From the NCBI GenBank assembly GCA_964537315.1, contig CAZIAP010000003.1, positions 75,919 through 139,918 on the forward strand: a DNA stretch of 64,000 nucleotides. Direction: 5' to 3'. Position numbers and translations under genes: made by a program. This document shows, one piece after another, positions 48,067-56,836 of the stretch (position 1 is its first letter; each line of letters starts with the position of its first letter). This DNA is from an uncultured Gammaproteobacteria bacterium (GTDB lineage Bacteria > Patescibacteriota > Microgenomatia > Levybacterales > GWA1-39-11). Under the pieces are notes generated by a model. The model saw only the letters and a list, made by a program, of their open reading frames with translations. It was not told where the DNA came from and ran no database searches.

Positions 48067-48837
48067 ATGGCTGCAAAACAAACAAAAAAAGAGCTTAAGG
48101 AACTTCGTAAGATGGAAAAAGAACAGCAGACAAGAAGATCTGCTCTTGATAACTCTCCCCGAACTTCAGAAGATATGATGAAATGGATCACCTTAGGTGT
48201 AGTTGCTGTTATCGTAGTGGGCTTATTCGGATTTATTATTTATAATGCTCAGCAGAGAAAGTCAGAGCAGCAACAGGTTGCTAATACTCGTGTAGAGATT
48301 TCAGATACTGGCTGGTCTAAAGGTGCTACAGAGTCAGCTGAAGTAACATTGGTTGAATTTGCTGACTTTCAATGTCCGGGTTGTAAAGCAAATGTTCCTC
48401 TTATAGAACAGGCTCTTGAGGAGTATGGCGATCAACTTCGCATGGTATACAAACATTTTCCTTTGACATCTATACATCAGAATGCAAAACCAGCAGCACT
48501 TGCGGCCGAAGCAGCAGGGCGTCAGGAGATGTTCTGGGAGATGCATGATGTGTTATTTGATCGTCAGGCTGAATGGTCAGTACTGGGTGTAGGAGAAGCC
48601 CGGAATAAGTTTAGCGAATATGCACAGGAATTGGGCTTGAATGTGCAACAGTTTACTGCCGATATAAATAATCCAGAGCTTGAGCAAACAGTAAATGATC
48701 AGATGAACGAAGGTACGCAACTTGGCGTTATGGGAACTCCTACATTTTTCGTAAATGGAAAAAGAGTAGAGTCAGGCAGTTATTCTTTTCTACAGAGCGC
48801 GATTGAAGCAGAGCTTCAAGATGTAAACCAGGAGTAA
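48067..48837 (+). CDS. DsbA-family thiol-disulfide oxidoreductase
   Basis: EFADFQCPGC, GTPTFFVNG, TM anchor. Confidence 0.92.
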   Translation: MAAKQTKKELKELRKMEKEQQTRRSALDNSPRTSEDMMKWITLGVVAVIVVGLFGFIIYNAQQRKSEQQQVANTRVEISDTGWSKGATESAEVTLVEFADFQCPGCKANVPLIEQALEEYGDQLRMVYKHFPLTSIHQNAKPAALAAEAAGRQEMFWEMHDVLFDRQAEWSVLGVGEARNKFSEYAQELGLNVQQFTADINNPELEQTVNDQMNEGTQLGVMGTPTFFVNGKRVESGSYSFLQSAIEAELQDVNQE

Positions 48838-48854
48838 AGAAGTAAAACAAAGAC

Positions 48855-49298
48855 ATGAAGAAGAAGTCTTCTAGTAACCCTCTCATAGATTTCATCGCTA
48901 AAAATTATCTTTCTTTCGGGTTTTTAATAACTGCAGTTGCGTCAATTGGAAGCTTTTTCTTTTCTGAAGTATTGAAACTTCCACCTTGTGATCTTTGTTG
49001 GTATCAGCGCGCATTGATGTATTCATTGGCTATTCTTTTTGGTATCGCGTTGTGGAAGAATGACAAAACAGTAGTACAGTACGTATTGCCGATATCAGTA
49101 ATCGGATTTTTAATTGCCATTTATCACAATATTTTGCAGTGGAGTCCGACACCGTTGCCTTGCACCACGGGTAGTGCTGTGAGTTGCGCAACAAAGCAGA
49201 TTGAAATTATGGGCTTTGATGCAATTCCTGTAATGTCAGGATTGGCATTTTTGACTATAATTTTGCTTTGTCTTGTCTACAGAAAGTACAGTAAGTAG
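48855..49298 (+). CDS. dsbB: Disulfide bond formation protein B (BdbC-like)
   Basis: PCDLCWYQR plus a second Cys pair; 4 TM. Confidence 0.88.
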   Translation: MKKKSSSNPLIDFIAKNYLSFGFLITAVASIGSFFFSEVLKLPPCDLCWYQRALMYSLAILFGIALWKNDKTVVQYVLPISVIGFLIAIYHNILQWSPTPLPCTTGSAVSCATKQIEIMGFDAIPVMSGLAFLTIILLCLVYRKYSK

Positions 49299-49304
49299 TA
49301 AGAA

Positions 49305-50039
49305 TTACTGTTGAGGGCGGTTAGGAATAGTAGCCACGTTTACTTCTACAGGGGCAGGTTTCCAATATGCACCTTGTTCAAGAATCTGAATCGAGTCTCC
49401 AACTTCTTGTGCAGATATAAATCCTCCTCCATTTGGAGCCTCTGGGTTTGGTTCTCCTGTAACAAATCCTTCTGTTTGAGGACTAAAGTTAACATAAGCT
49501 ACAACTTTATCATCTCGTCCAAAAGTGTCATCTACTACTAGATTTATTCGTAGCCATCTATCTCCATCTCCGTTAGCACGTTCGACATCTTCTCCTTTTA
49601 CCAAGACAGGGTTAGTAATGTCTACCCATTCAGAACCCTGAAGGTCAACTCCATTAATGGACTTGATTTTATCCGTGGGTATAGTTTCTCCGACCACTCT
49701 TCGGTTATCAATAAGCCGATCAGTTGTAGTGGGACGTTTTCTGATGTTTAGCTTGTTTTTTTGTAGAGTCTTTTCATCTTGTAGCTCGCCTAAATACAAT
49801 GTTACATTTCCTAGAAATATTTCAGATACAGGAGGATGATCTTCTATGCTTTCTCGTGCTTCAGCGCTAGATATAGGAGTTGAATCAGTATCTATTCTTT
49901 TTGATACTTCTTGCGTTCCTTTAAAACCTAATGCTACAGCTGCTGCTCCACCTAATCCCTTTAAAAATGTACGGCGGCTAATTTGTTTAGATTCTTGTTT
50001 TGGTTTCTCTTGCGAGGGGCCTTCGCCAAATTCTGACAT
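49305..50039 (-). CDS. Hypothetical protein with twin-arginine-like signal
   Basis: SRRTFLKGLGGAAAVALG. Confidence 0.7.
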   Translation of the reverse strand: MSEFGEGPSQEKPKQESKQISRRTFLKGLGGAAAVALGFKGTQEVSKRIDTDSTPISSAEARESIEDHPPVSEIFLGNVTLYLGELQDEKTLQKNKLNIRKRPTTTDRLIDNRRVVGETIPTDKIKSINGVDLQGSEWVDITNPVLVKGEDVERANGDGDRWLRINLVVDDTFGRDDKVVAYVNFSPQTEGFVTGEPNPEAPNGGGFISAQEVGDSIQILEQGAYWKPAPVEVNVATIPNRPQQ

Positions 50040-50115
50040 AAAGCTATTGTGTATTAATGAAACAAGAATGTCAAGAATATTTGTAGTAAGGATCGGAAAT
50101 CCGTACAATATAACT

Positions 50116-50850
50116 ATGCATCGTCGTGAAATTATTAGGTTTTTAGCGTTCAGAACGCTTGGAAATTTTTTTATTTTGCTTACTCTTTATGGATTTTTTG
50201 CCACATTTGGTCCTGCAGTATATTACGAGGCAGTCTTTAAAATATCCAAGTTTAGGGGAGTAGAGTATGCAGTTGCGGAAACGACGGGAACCCGCACATT
50301 CGCAGATGTATTGGAGGAAAACAGAGGGTCTGTTCACCACGTTTCAGACTCCAGCCAAGGTCTTGCTAGTTCTGTTCTGAACGGGAATAAAAATCAGTTT
50401 CTAATGCCGAAGGATAAGAGATTTTCTTTACTGATCCCTAAAATCGGTGCAAGTGAGAAAGTGCATGAAAATGTAGATCCTTCAGATCAAGTTGCCTATA
50501 GCTCTGTCTTGAGAAATGGTGTGGCACATGCACAAGGAACGTCGTTCCCAGGCTATGGTGGGAACACGTATATCTTCGCCCACAGTACGGACAACTTTTG
50601 GAATGTAGGCAGGTATAATGCAGTTTTTTATCTATTAAAAGAGCTACAGCCGGGCGATGACATTACAGTAATTTTCATGGACGAAAGATTTGATTATGTA
50701 GTAACAGAGACTAAAGTTGTTGATGCAGATAATCTAGATTATTTAAGAGCAGATATAGGTCAAGGGGAGGTTTTGACACTTCAAACCTGTTGGCCACCAG
50801 GTACGACGTGGAAAAGGCTTTTAGTTTTAGCAAAACCAAAAGAGTTATAA
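50116..50850 (+). CDS. Sortase-family protein
   Basis: IPKIG, GVAH, FAHS, TLQTCWPPG...R. Confidence 0.88.
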   Translation: MHRREIIRFLAFRTLGNFFILLTLYGFFATFGPAVYYEAVFKISKFRGVEYAVAETTGTRTFADVLEENRGSVHHVSDSSQGLASSVLNGNKNQFLMPKDKRFSLLIPKIGASEKVHENVDPSDQVAYSSVLRNGVAHAQGTSFPGYGGNTYIFAHSTDNFWNVGRYNAVFYLLKELQPGDDITVIFMDERFDYVVTETKVVDADNLDYLRADIGQGEVLTLQTCWPPGTTWKRLLVLAKPKEL

Positions 50851-50911
50851 ACTCGAGTTAACAAGTTATTTTACTCTTGACGAGGTAGGTAATTCTGTGT
50901 AAGCTGAATTT

Positions 50912-51646
50912 ATGGACTCAAAGAAATCATTTTCAACAGATAAAGCGCTTTCGTTTGGCTGGAATAGTGTTAAGAAAAATCCCATTATTATTCTATACTT
51001 TATGGTTGGAGTTGCTCTTCCGGCAATATCTAGCAGGATCCTATCGTTAGTCGCAGGCGATGATACAGTGATCAATCTTGCGATTCAAATCCTAGTACAA
51101 AGCTTATCTATAATATTTTCAATAGGATTAATTAGGGTAGCATTGAATGTGTACGATAACGTACCATTGAAAATTGAAAATCTGTATCAGGATTATAGAA
51201 GGGTTTTTGGATATTTTATAGCCAGTATGCTAGTTGGTTTGGGTGTTTTGGCAGTGTTTTTCCCATTTTTTATTATTCTTGGTATAGTTTTCTTCTCATT
51301 CCAGGATTATTTTTGGATTTTGATACTACCTGGATTACTTTCAGTTGTGGCAGCAGCCTATGTTGGTACGCGATGGAGCCTATGGTCATATGTTTTCCTT
51401 GATAAAGGAGTAGGTCCAATTGCTTCTGTGCAGGCGAGCTGGGAAATGACCAAAGGTAATGTGCTACGTCTGTTTCTCCTGTACATAGTACAGGGTCTAA
51501 TAATTATTTTGGGACTAATTGCATTGATTGTGGGTGTACTGGTTGCTATTCCCGTTGCATCACTCATGCTTGTATATGCTTATAAAATGCTTGATGGTAA
51601 AAAACCTGAGTCAGTATCTACACCACCTGCACCCGCAGTATCGTAG
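50912..51646 (+). CDS. Integral membrane protein (DUF975-like)
   Basis: Multi-TM; SVQASWEMTKGN motif. Confidence 0.75.
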   Translation: MDSKKSFSTDKALSFGWNSVKKNPIIILYFMVGVALPAISSRILSLVAGDDTVINLAIQILVQSLSIIFSIGLIRVALNVYDNVPLKIENLYQDYRRVFGYFIASMLVGLGVLAVFFPFFIILGIVFFSFQDYFWILILPGLLSVVAAAYVGTRWSLWSYVFLDKGVGPIASVQASWEMTKGNVLRLFLLYIVQGLIIILGLIALIVGVLVAIPVASLMLVYAYKMLDGKKPESVSTPPAPAVS

Positions 51647-51821
51647 AGCACATAGGCTTTCTCATGTAATTGGAATTTTTGTGCCTATATTAAGATAAAA
51701 ATTTTTCTTGCTTTTACTTTTTTATTATTCATTTCATTTTCATCTTTGATTATTACCCGATAATATCTTCCAATCTCTTTGCGCAAGAGGAATCTTGGAC
51801 AAAGAGGAGGTGAGACAAGGG

Positions 51822-53243
51822 ATGTTTAAAAAATATGCAGTCATAACTGTGATGTTTGTTGCAGGACTATTCGTAACAAACGGAGCATACGCAGATACAA
51901 CCGTAGATACAGGAGACGCTGACGCAGACATTAATGTAATAACTGAAGCCGGTATCAATAAGCTTGATCTGAGCGGGTTTAACTTTGGTAAAACAGATGT
52001 TGAAATCTCAGATAACGGCGCATTCTCGGATAATTTCGTTTTTGTTAACAACAATAACAATATAACGGTAAATCAAACAAATGATACTACCGTTAATAAT
52101 GATATTTCCGTAAATGCTAATACCGGAGGTAATACAGTATTTGGCAATAGACGAGGGGATGTAGATATTCGCACTGGTGATGCCACTGCTGATGTAAACG
52201 TAGAAACCAAAGCCGGGTATAACGAACTGAAGTTGGGTTGTGATAATTGTAACAACTCCACATCAGTAGAAGTATCCGACAATGGAAGGTTTTCTGATAA
52301 TCAAGTCAGGATCAATAATGACAATGATCTTGATATAAATCAAGACAATGATACTGATGTAGACAACGATGTTGATGTTAATCTCAACACCGGAGGAGTA
52401 TCTGTATTCGGAGGATTTGGTCATGGAGGCTATGATCGAGATTGGAAAGACTTTGACTACGACAAGGACAAGTACGATCGAGACTGGAAAGACTTTGATT
52501 ATGACAAAGACAAGTACAGTCGAGACTACAAAGATCATAGAAAATCTTATGACTATGATAAAAAATATGATCACTACCGAAAAGATTATGATCACAACAA
52601 AAGTAAAAAGTACTATTATGATGATAAAAAAGATAACCGATATTGGCCGTATAGGCTAAATAAATTTGACGGTTATGATCATCGGGACTATGACTTTGAC
52701 AAAAAATATGATCATGATCGAAAAGACGATCATAGAAAGTACAAAGACTCAGATGACAAACGCTACTATAAAAAGCGGGCATATGACTTTGATCATCATA
52801 GGTATGCAAAATATCATGATTATCCAAAATTTAGAAAAGATACAAAATACAAGCCGTATAGGTATAACTTCGTAAAGTATCACGATTTTGATAAGAAAGA
52901 TCATGATAAAAAAGATGATGACAAGTATAAAAAGTCAAGACACGACTTCACAAAATTTAGTGATAAGAACTACAAACCGTATAGGTTTGCAAAAAATTAC
53001 TATCACAAGAATGTGAAGAAGTATAGCAAGTACGACCATGATTGGGACAAATATCGTTTTACCAAAAATGATAAAAAGTCCAACTATTACACAAAGGACA
53101 AACACAAAAAGTACTACTACCCGGTACGTTTTGTGAAAAAATTTGATTATGGTCGAAAAGATAATTGCTATCAGTCATCGAGCTTTAAGCATGGGAACTT
53201 CCGATTTCCCGGACAGAGAGGGTATAGTGTTCTGCACATTTAA
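51822..53243 (+). CDS. Secreted protein: Asn/Asp beta-rich repeats plus D/K/Y/H low-complexity tail
   Basis: SD AGGAGGTGA, signal peptide ending AYA, TGDA/NTGG repeats. Confidence 0.8.
   Translation: MFKKYAVITVMFVAGLFVTNGAYADTTVDTGDADADINVITEAGINKLDLSGFNFGKTDVEISDNGAFSDNFVFVNNNNNITVNQTNDTTVNNDISVNANTGGNTVFGNRRGDVDIRTGDATADVNVETKAGYNELKLGCDNCNNSTSVEVSDNGRFSDNQVRINNDNDLDINQDNDTDVDNDVDVNLNTGGVSVFGGFGHGGYDRDWKDFDYDKDKYDRDWKDFDYDKDKYSRDYKDHRKSYDYDKKYDHYRKDYDHNKSKKYYYDDKKDNRYWPYRLNKFDGYDHRDYDFDKKYDHDRKDDHRKYKDSDDKRYYKKRAYDFDHHRYAKYHDYPKFRKDTKYKPYRYNFVKYHDFDKKDHDKKDDDKYKKSRHDFTKFSDKNYKPYRFAKNYYHKNVKKYSKYDHDWDKYRFTKNDKKSNYYTKDKHKKYYYPVRFVKKFDYGRKDNCYQSSSFKHGNFRFPGQRGYSVLHI
52431..52514 (+). repeat. 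42-bp tandem coding repeat x2 (YDRDWKDFDYDKDK)
   Basis: Identical peptide copies with synonymous DNA differences. Confidence 0.85.
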
Positions 53244-53273
53244 TTAGTCAGGGTGTAGAACATAATTTCTAGT

Positions 53274-53299
53274 TGAACCCCGCAGACGTGCGGGGTTCA
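53274..53299 (+). terminator. Terminator hairpin
   Basis: TGAACCCCGCA-gacg-TGCGGGGTTCA. Confidence 0.8.
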
Positions 53300-53345
53300 T
53301 CATTTTCTTACCTAAACCTTAGTGAAGATATATAGAATGGTTAGT

Positions 53346-53783
53346 ATGAAAACAAGTGTGTTCTTTGGTGTCATGACAATACTTTTAACTCTACTTACCC
53401 CACTTAGCGAGGCCAGTGCAGAGTCAGTATCCACGAGCACTACCACTTCTAAATCTCACACTCGTGTGCAAATTACTACAAATGGGGAGACAAAAGTATT
53501 TGAGAGCAACGGAGAAAGTATTGATTATAAATCTGAAGACGGAAAGACCAGAGTAAGGATAAACTCAAATGGTCAGAATGTACAAAGTAACGCGCAAGAC
53601 ACATTTGATTCGGTCAAGCAAGAAGTGCAGGGAGTAGTAGAAGAAAACAAAAAAGAGCTTGAAAAAAAGGTGGAAGAACGTAAGCGAGAAACTCAGAATA
53701 AGGTAACTAACGAAGTTGAAAAACAAAGCATAGGGATTATTGAGGTAATTAAAAATTTCTTCGCAGGCTTATTCAATTTCTAA
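53346..53783 (+). CDS. Secreted hypothetical protein
   Basis: Signal peptide (ASA); amphipathic C-terminus IKNFFAGLF. Confidence 0.75.
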   Translation: MKTSVFFGVMTILLTLLTPLSEASAESVSTSTTTSKSHTRVQITTNGETKVFESNGESIDYKSEDGKTRVRINSNGQNVQSNAQDTFDSVKQEVQGVVEENKKELEKKVEERKRETQNKVTNEVEKQSIGIIEVIKNFFAGLFNF

Positions 53784-53822
53784 CTTTGAAAACTTGTAAC
53801 TAACTCATGGTACAATAATTGC

Positions 53823-54590
53823 ATGCGCAAAAAACTTCTTATTGGACTTGCAATTAGCGTACTCATCTCACTTATATTAGTAGTCACTCGTAATACGTCA
53901 GCCTCATTATATTTTCAAGGAATTGTCCAGCAGTTGTTTCACTCACCTAAAGCCTCACTTTATCATTTTTCAGTCTCATCTGATCCAGAAAAAGAGTCTG
54001 ATCGTTTACGCGAAGAAAATGCGCAGTTAAGAGCAAAGCTTTCAGAAATGCAAAATCTAAAAAGAGATAATGATGCATTGAGGTCACAGTTTGAAGGAGA
54101 GTCAGTTGAGCTTAATTCGTTACTCCCAGCACAAGTTTTAGGTTTTCAAGGATCTATAACAAATCCTGAAGCTCTAATCATAGACAGAGGAGCAAATGAC
54201 AATGTCAGAAAAGGACAAGCAGTTGTGATTGGAAAAAATATAGTCGGTATTATTGATACGGTAAGTGAACGGTATAGTTCTATAGTAGTCGTAACTAGCG
54301 CATCTTTTTCTACAGTGGCAAAAACTTCAGAAAACTCAGTGTTAGGTGTAATTAGAGGCGCTGGGGACTTTTTACTGTTTAATCAAGTCGCAATCACCGA
54401 TACACTTGAAGAAGGAGATACGGTTCTTACCAGAGGAACTATATCAACATCAGGAACTGGTGTGCCTCCGGATTTAATAATAGGAAAGGTCGAAACTGTG
54501 CGAAAAGTTGAGTCAGAGCCATTTCAAAGTGCAAAGGTTGAAAGTTTGTTAGATATTTCCCGTCTCACTAGAGTTTTTGTTGTACGCTGA
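53823..54590 (+). CDS. mreC: Rod shape-determining protein MreC
   Basis: Coiled coil LREEN...LKRDN..LR, IIDRG, PPDLIIGKV. Confidence 0.88.
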   Translation: MRKKLLIGLAISVLISLILVVTRNTSASLYFQGIVQQLFHSPKASLYHFSVSSDPEKESDRLREENAQLRAKLSEMQNLKRDNDALRSQFEGESVELNSLLPAQVLGFQGSITNPEALIIDRGANDNVRKGQAVVIGKNIVGIIDTVSERYSSIVVVTSASFSTVAKTSENSVLGVIRGAGDFLLFNQVAITDTLEEGDTVLTRGTISTSGTGVPPDLIIGKVETVRKVESEPFQSAKVESLLDISRLTRVFVVR

Positions 54591-54594
54591 TAAT

Positions 54595-55032
54595 ATGCTT
54601 GTACCATTTTTCTTTTTTGTAATTCTAATATTGCTATTAGTAATTGAATCTACAATAATATCCTATCCATTTGTATTTATATTATTGTTTCTGATGTTTA
54701 TGAGATATCAAACAATCGGAACTTTGATAGTTGTTATGATAGTGGGAAGTATCTTAGATAGTCTAAGGGTTGTCTCGGTCGGAATCACTCCATTATTTTC
54801 CTTCACTTTGTTTTTCGTGCTGTTTCTTTATACTCGAAAGCTTGATCTGAGACAAACAATTTTGGTGATTACTGCCTGTTTTTTTGCTACGCTTGTCTAT
54901 AGCCACGTCACGCATTATCCGATTAATTTACTCTTGCATTTTGTTGTATTTTTCGCACTATTTGTGATAGCCTACATTGTACATCGCAAGAGAAGTAAAG
55001 AAAGCTCTCCATTTGTTCTATTTGGAAAATAA
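54595..55032 (+). CDS. mreD: MreD-like membrane protein
   Basis: Hydrophobic, G.I.D motif, located between mreC and PBP2. Confidence 0.6.
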   Translation: MLVPFFFFVILILLLVIESTIISYPFVFILLFLMFMRYQTIGTLIVVMIVGSILDSLRVVSVGITPLFSFTLFFVLFLYTRKLDLRQTILVITACFFATLVYSHVTHYPINLLLHFVVFFALFVIAYIVHRKRSKESSPFVLFGK

Positions 55033-55036
55033 AGAT

Positions 55037-56836
55037 ATGCGTAAAAAAGTACGAATAGGTCCTGCATTTTCAGACTCAATCTCAACAGGTAAAGTACAGA
55101 GAAGAAAGGAGTCAAAAAGTATTTTGAGTCCTGAAGTCCTTTCATTACTTCCTCTTATATGTCTTGTACTAGTTTCAGGATTTTTTTTAGTACGACTCTT
55201 TTATCTGCAAGTCATACGAAGTGATTACTACCGAGCTTTGTCTGATGAAAATAGACTCAGAACATTAATAATTCCTGCGCCTCGCGGTATTTTGTTTGAT
55301 CGTAATGGGGAACCGCTTGTAAATAACACACCTGCGTTCAAGGTGCTTGATAATGAACAAAAAGTGCAGTTTCTTGGTCAAGAAGATGCCTTAGAGCGTA
55401 TTGCCAAGGGAGAAGAAATTATCAGTGATATTCAGAGAAAATATATTCATGGTGATGTTTTCGCACATGCATTGGGATATATCGGACAGATTTCAGAAGA
55501 TGAGATTGCACAGCACAAGTTTCAAGGATATGCATTAACTGATTTTGTCGGTAAGTTTGGGCTTGAGGCGCAATATGAGTCGGTTCTTCATGGGAAAAAT
55601 GGAAGAGAGCTTTATGAAGTTGATGCTGTGGGTGAGAAAGTGAGATTTTTGGGAAAAGATGCGCCTGTTGCAGGAAAAAATATACATACTACTTTGGATA
55701 TTGAATTGCAAAAGGCGGTACACGAAGCAATGAAGGAAGCATCTAAAGGTGCAGTTGTAGTATCAGACCCTCGTGATGGAGGAATACTGGCAATATATTC
55801 AAAGCCAAGTTTTGATCCCAACTTATTTACACATAACAAGGAGTATGAACCTGTTGGCGATTACAAAAGTGTAGAAGAAATACTTACTGATGGAGAGAAT
55901 CAGCCACTATTGAACCGTGCAATTGGGGGTGTGTATCCGCCTGGATCAACATATAAGTTGGTTAGTGCGATTGCAGCTCTTGAAACAGGAGCAATGAAGA
56001 GAGATACCATTGTCGAAGACACAGGTATTTTAAGAGTAGGTGCGTTTTCATTTGGAAATTGGTATTACTTGCAGCATGGAAGAAAAGATGGTGATGTAGA
56101 TGTAGTAAAGGCAATAGAGCGGTCAAATGATATTTATTTTTATAAAGCAGCAGAAGCAACGGGTATAAAAAGTCTTGCCGACTGGTCAAAAAAGTTTGGA
56201 CTTGGACAAAAACTATCTATTGATTTATCAGGAGAGCAAGCGGGAACAGTACCTGACGAGGCATGGAAACAAAAAGTAATTGGAGAACCGTGGTATCTGG
56301 GCGACAACTATAATACAGGAATCGGACAGGGATACTTACTAGCTACACCACTGCAGGTTAATATGTTTACAGTGCCTTTTGCCAACGGAGGGACGCTTTA
56401 TCAGCCTCATTTAGTAAAAGATCAAAAAAAAGAGATCAGGTCTGACTTTATGAAACAGGATCATATTGACGCAATTAGAGAGGGTATGCGGCGCAGCTGT
56501 CATCCTGATGGCGGAGTAGCTTTCCCATTTTTTGACTTTAAGGTAACCAACGAGATGCTGTCAATCGATGGTAGGAACTTTACTGAGGTGGCTGCAACCT
56601 CGCTGAGCGGGGCAAGCCAAAGCGCACAGATGACTAAAGTGACTGTAGGGTGTAAAACAGGTACATCCGAGTCAGGAGGAGGAAGGTTACCACATGCGTG
56701 GATTACCGTGATTGCACCATACTATGATCCTGAAGTAGTAGTAACAGTACTTGTCGAAACAGCGGGCGAAGGATCGGCAGTAGCAGCTCCTATCGCCAAA
56801 GAAATTTTAGAGGCGTATTTTGAGGGGAAGGATTAG
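55037..56836 (+). CDS. mrdA: Penicillin-binding protein 2
   Basis: APRG..DRNG, PGSTYK, SND, KTG. Confidence 0.92.
   Translation: MRKKVRIGPAFSDSISTGKVQRRKESKSILSPEVLSLLPLICLVLVSGFFLVRLFYLQVIRSDYYRALSDENRLRTLIIPAPRGILFDRNGEPLVNNTPAFKVLDNEQKVQFLGQEDALERIAKGEEIISDIQRKYIHGDVFAHALGYIGQISEDEIAQHKFQGYALTDFVGKFGLEAQYESVLHGKNGRELYEVDAVGEKVRFLGKDAPVAGKNIHTTLDIELQKAVHEAMKEASKGAVVVSDPRDGGILAIYSKPSFDPNLFTHNKEYEPVGDYKSVEEILTDGENQPLLNRAIGGVYPPGSTYKLVSAIAALETGAMKRDTIVEDTGILRVGAFSFGNWYYLQHGRKDGDVDVVKAIERSNDIYFYKAAEATGIKSLADWSKKFGLGQKLSIDLSGEQAGTVPDEAWKQKVIGEPWYLGDNYNTGIGQGYLLATPLQVNMFTVPFANGGTLYQPHLVKDQKKEIRSDFMKQDHIDAIREGMRRSCHPDGGVAFPFFDFKVTNEMLSIDGRNFTEVAATSLSGASQSAQMTKVTVGCKTGTSESGGGRLPHAWITVIAPYYDPEVVVTVLVETAGEGSAVAAPIAKEILEAYFEGKD

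Noticed and set aside
49846-50115. N-terminal extension of the sortase ORF (similarly truB 45008-45139)
   Set aside because: Overlaps a divergent gene; the downstream ATG gives a normal-length protein.
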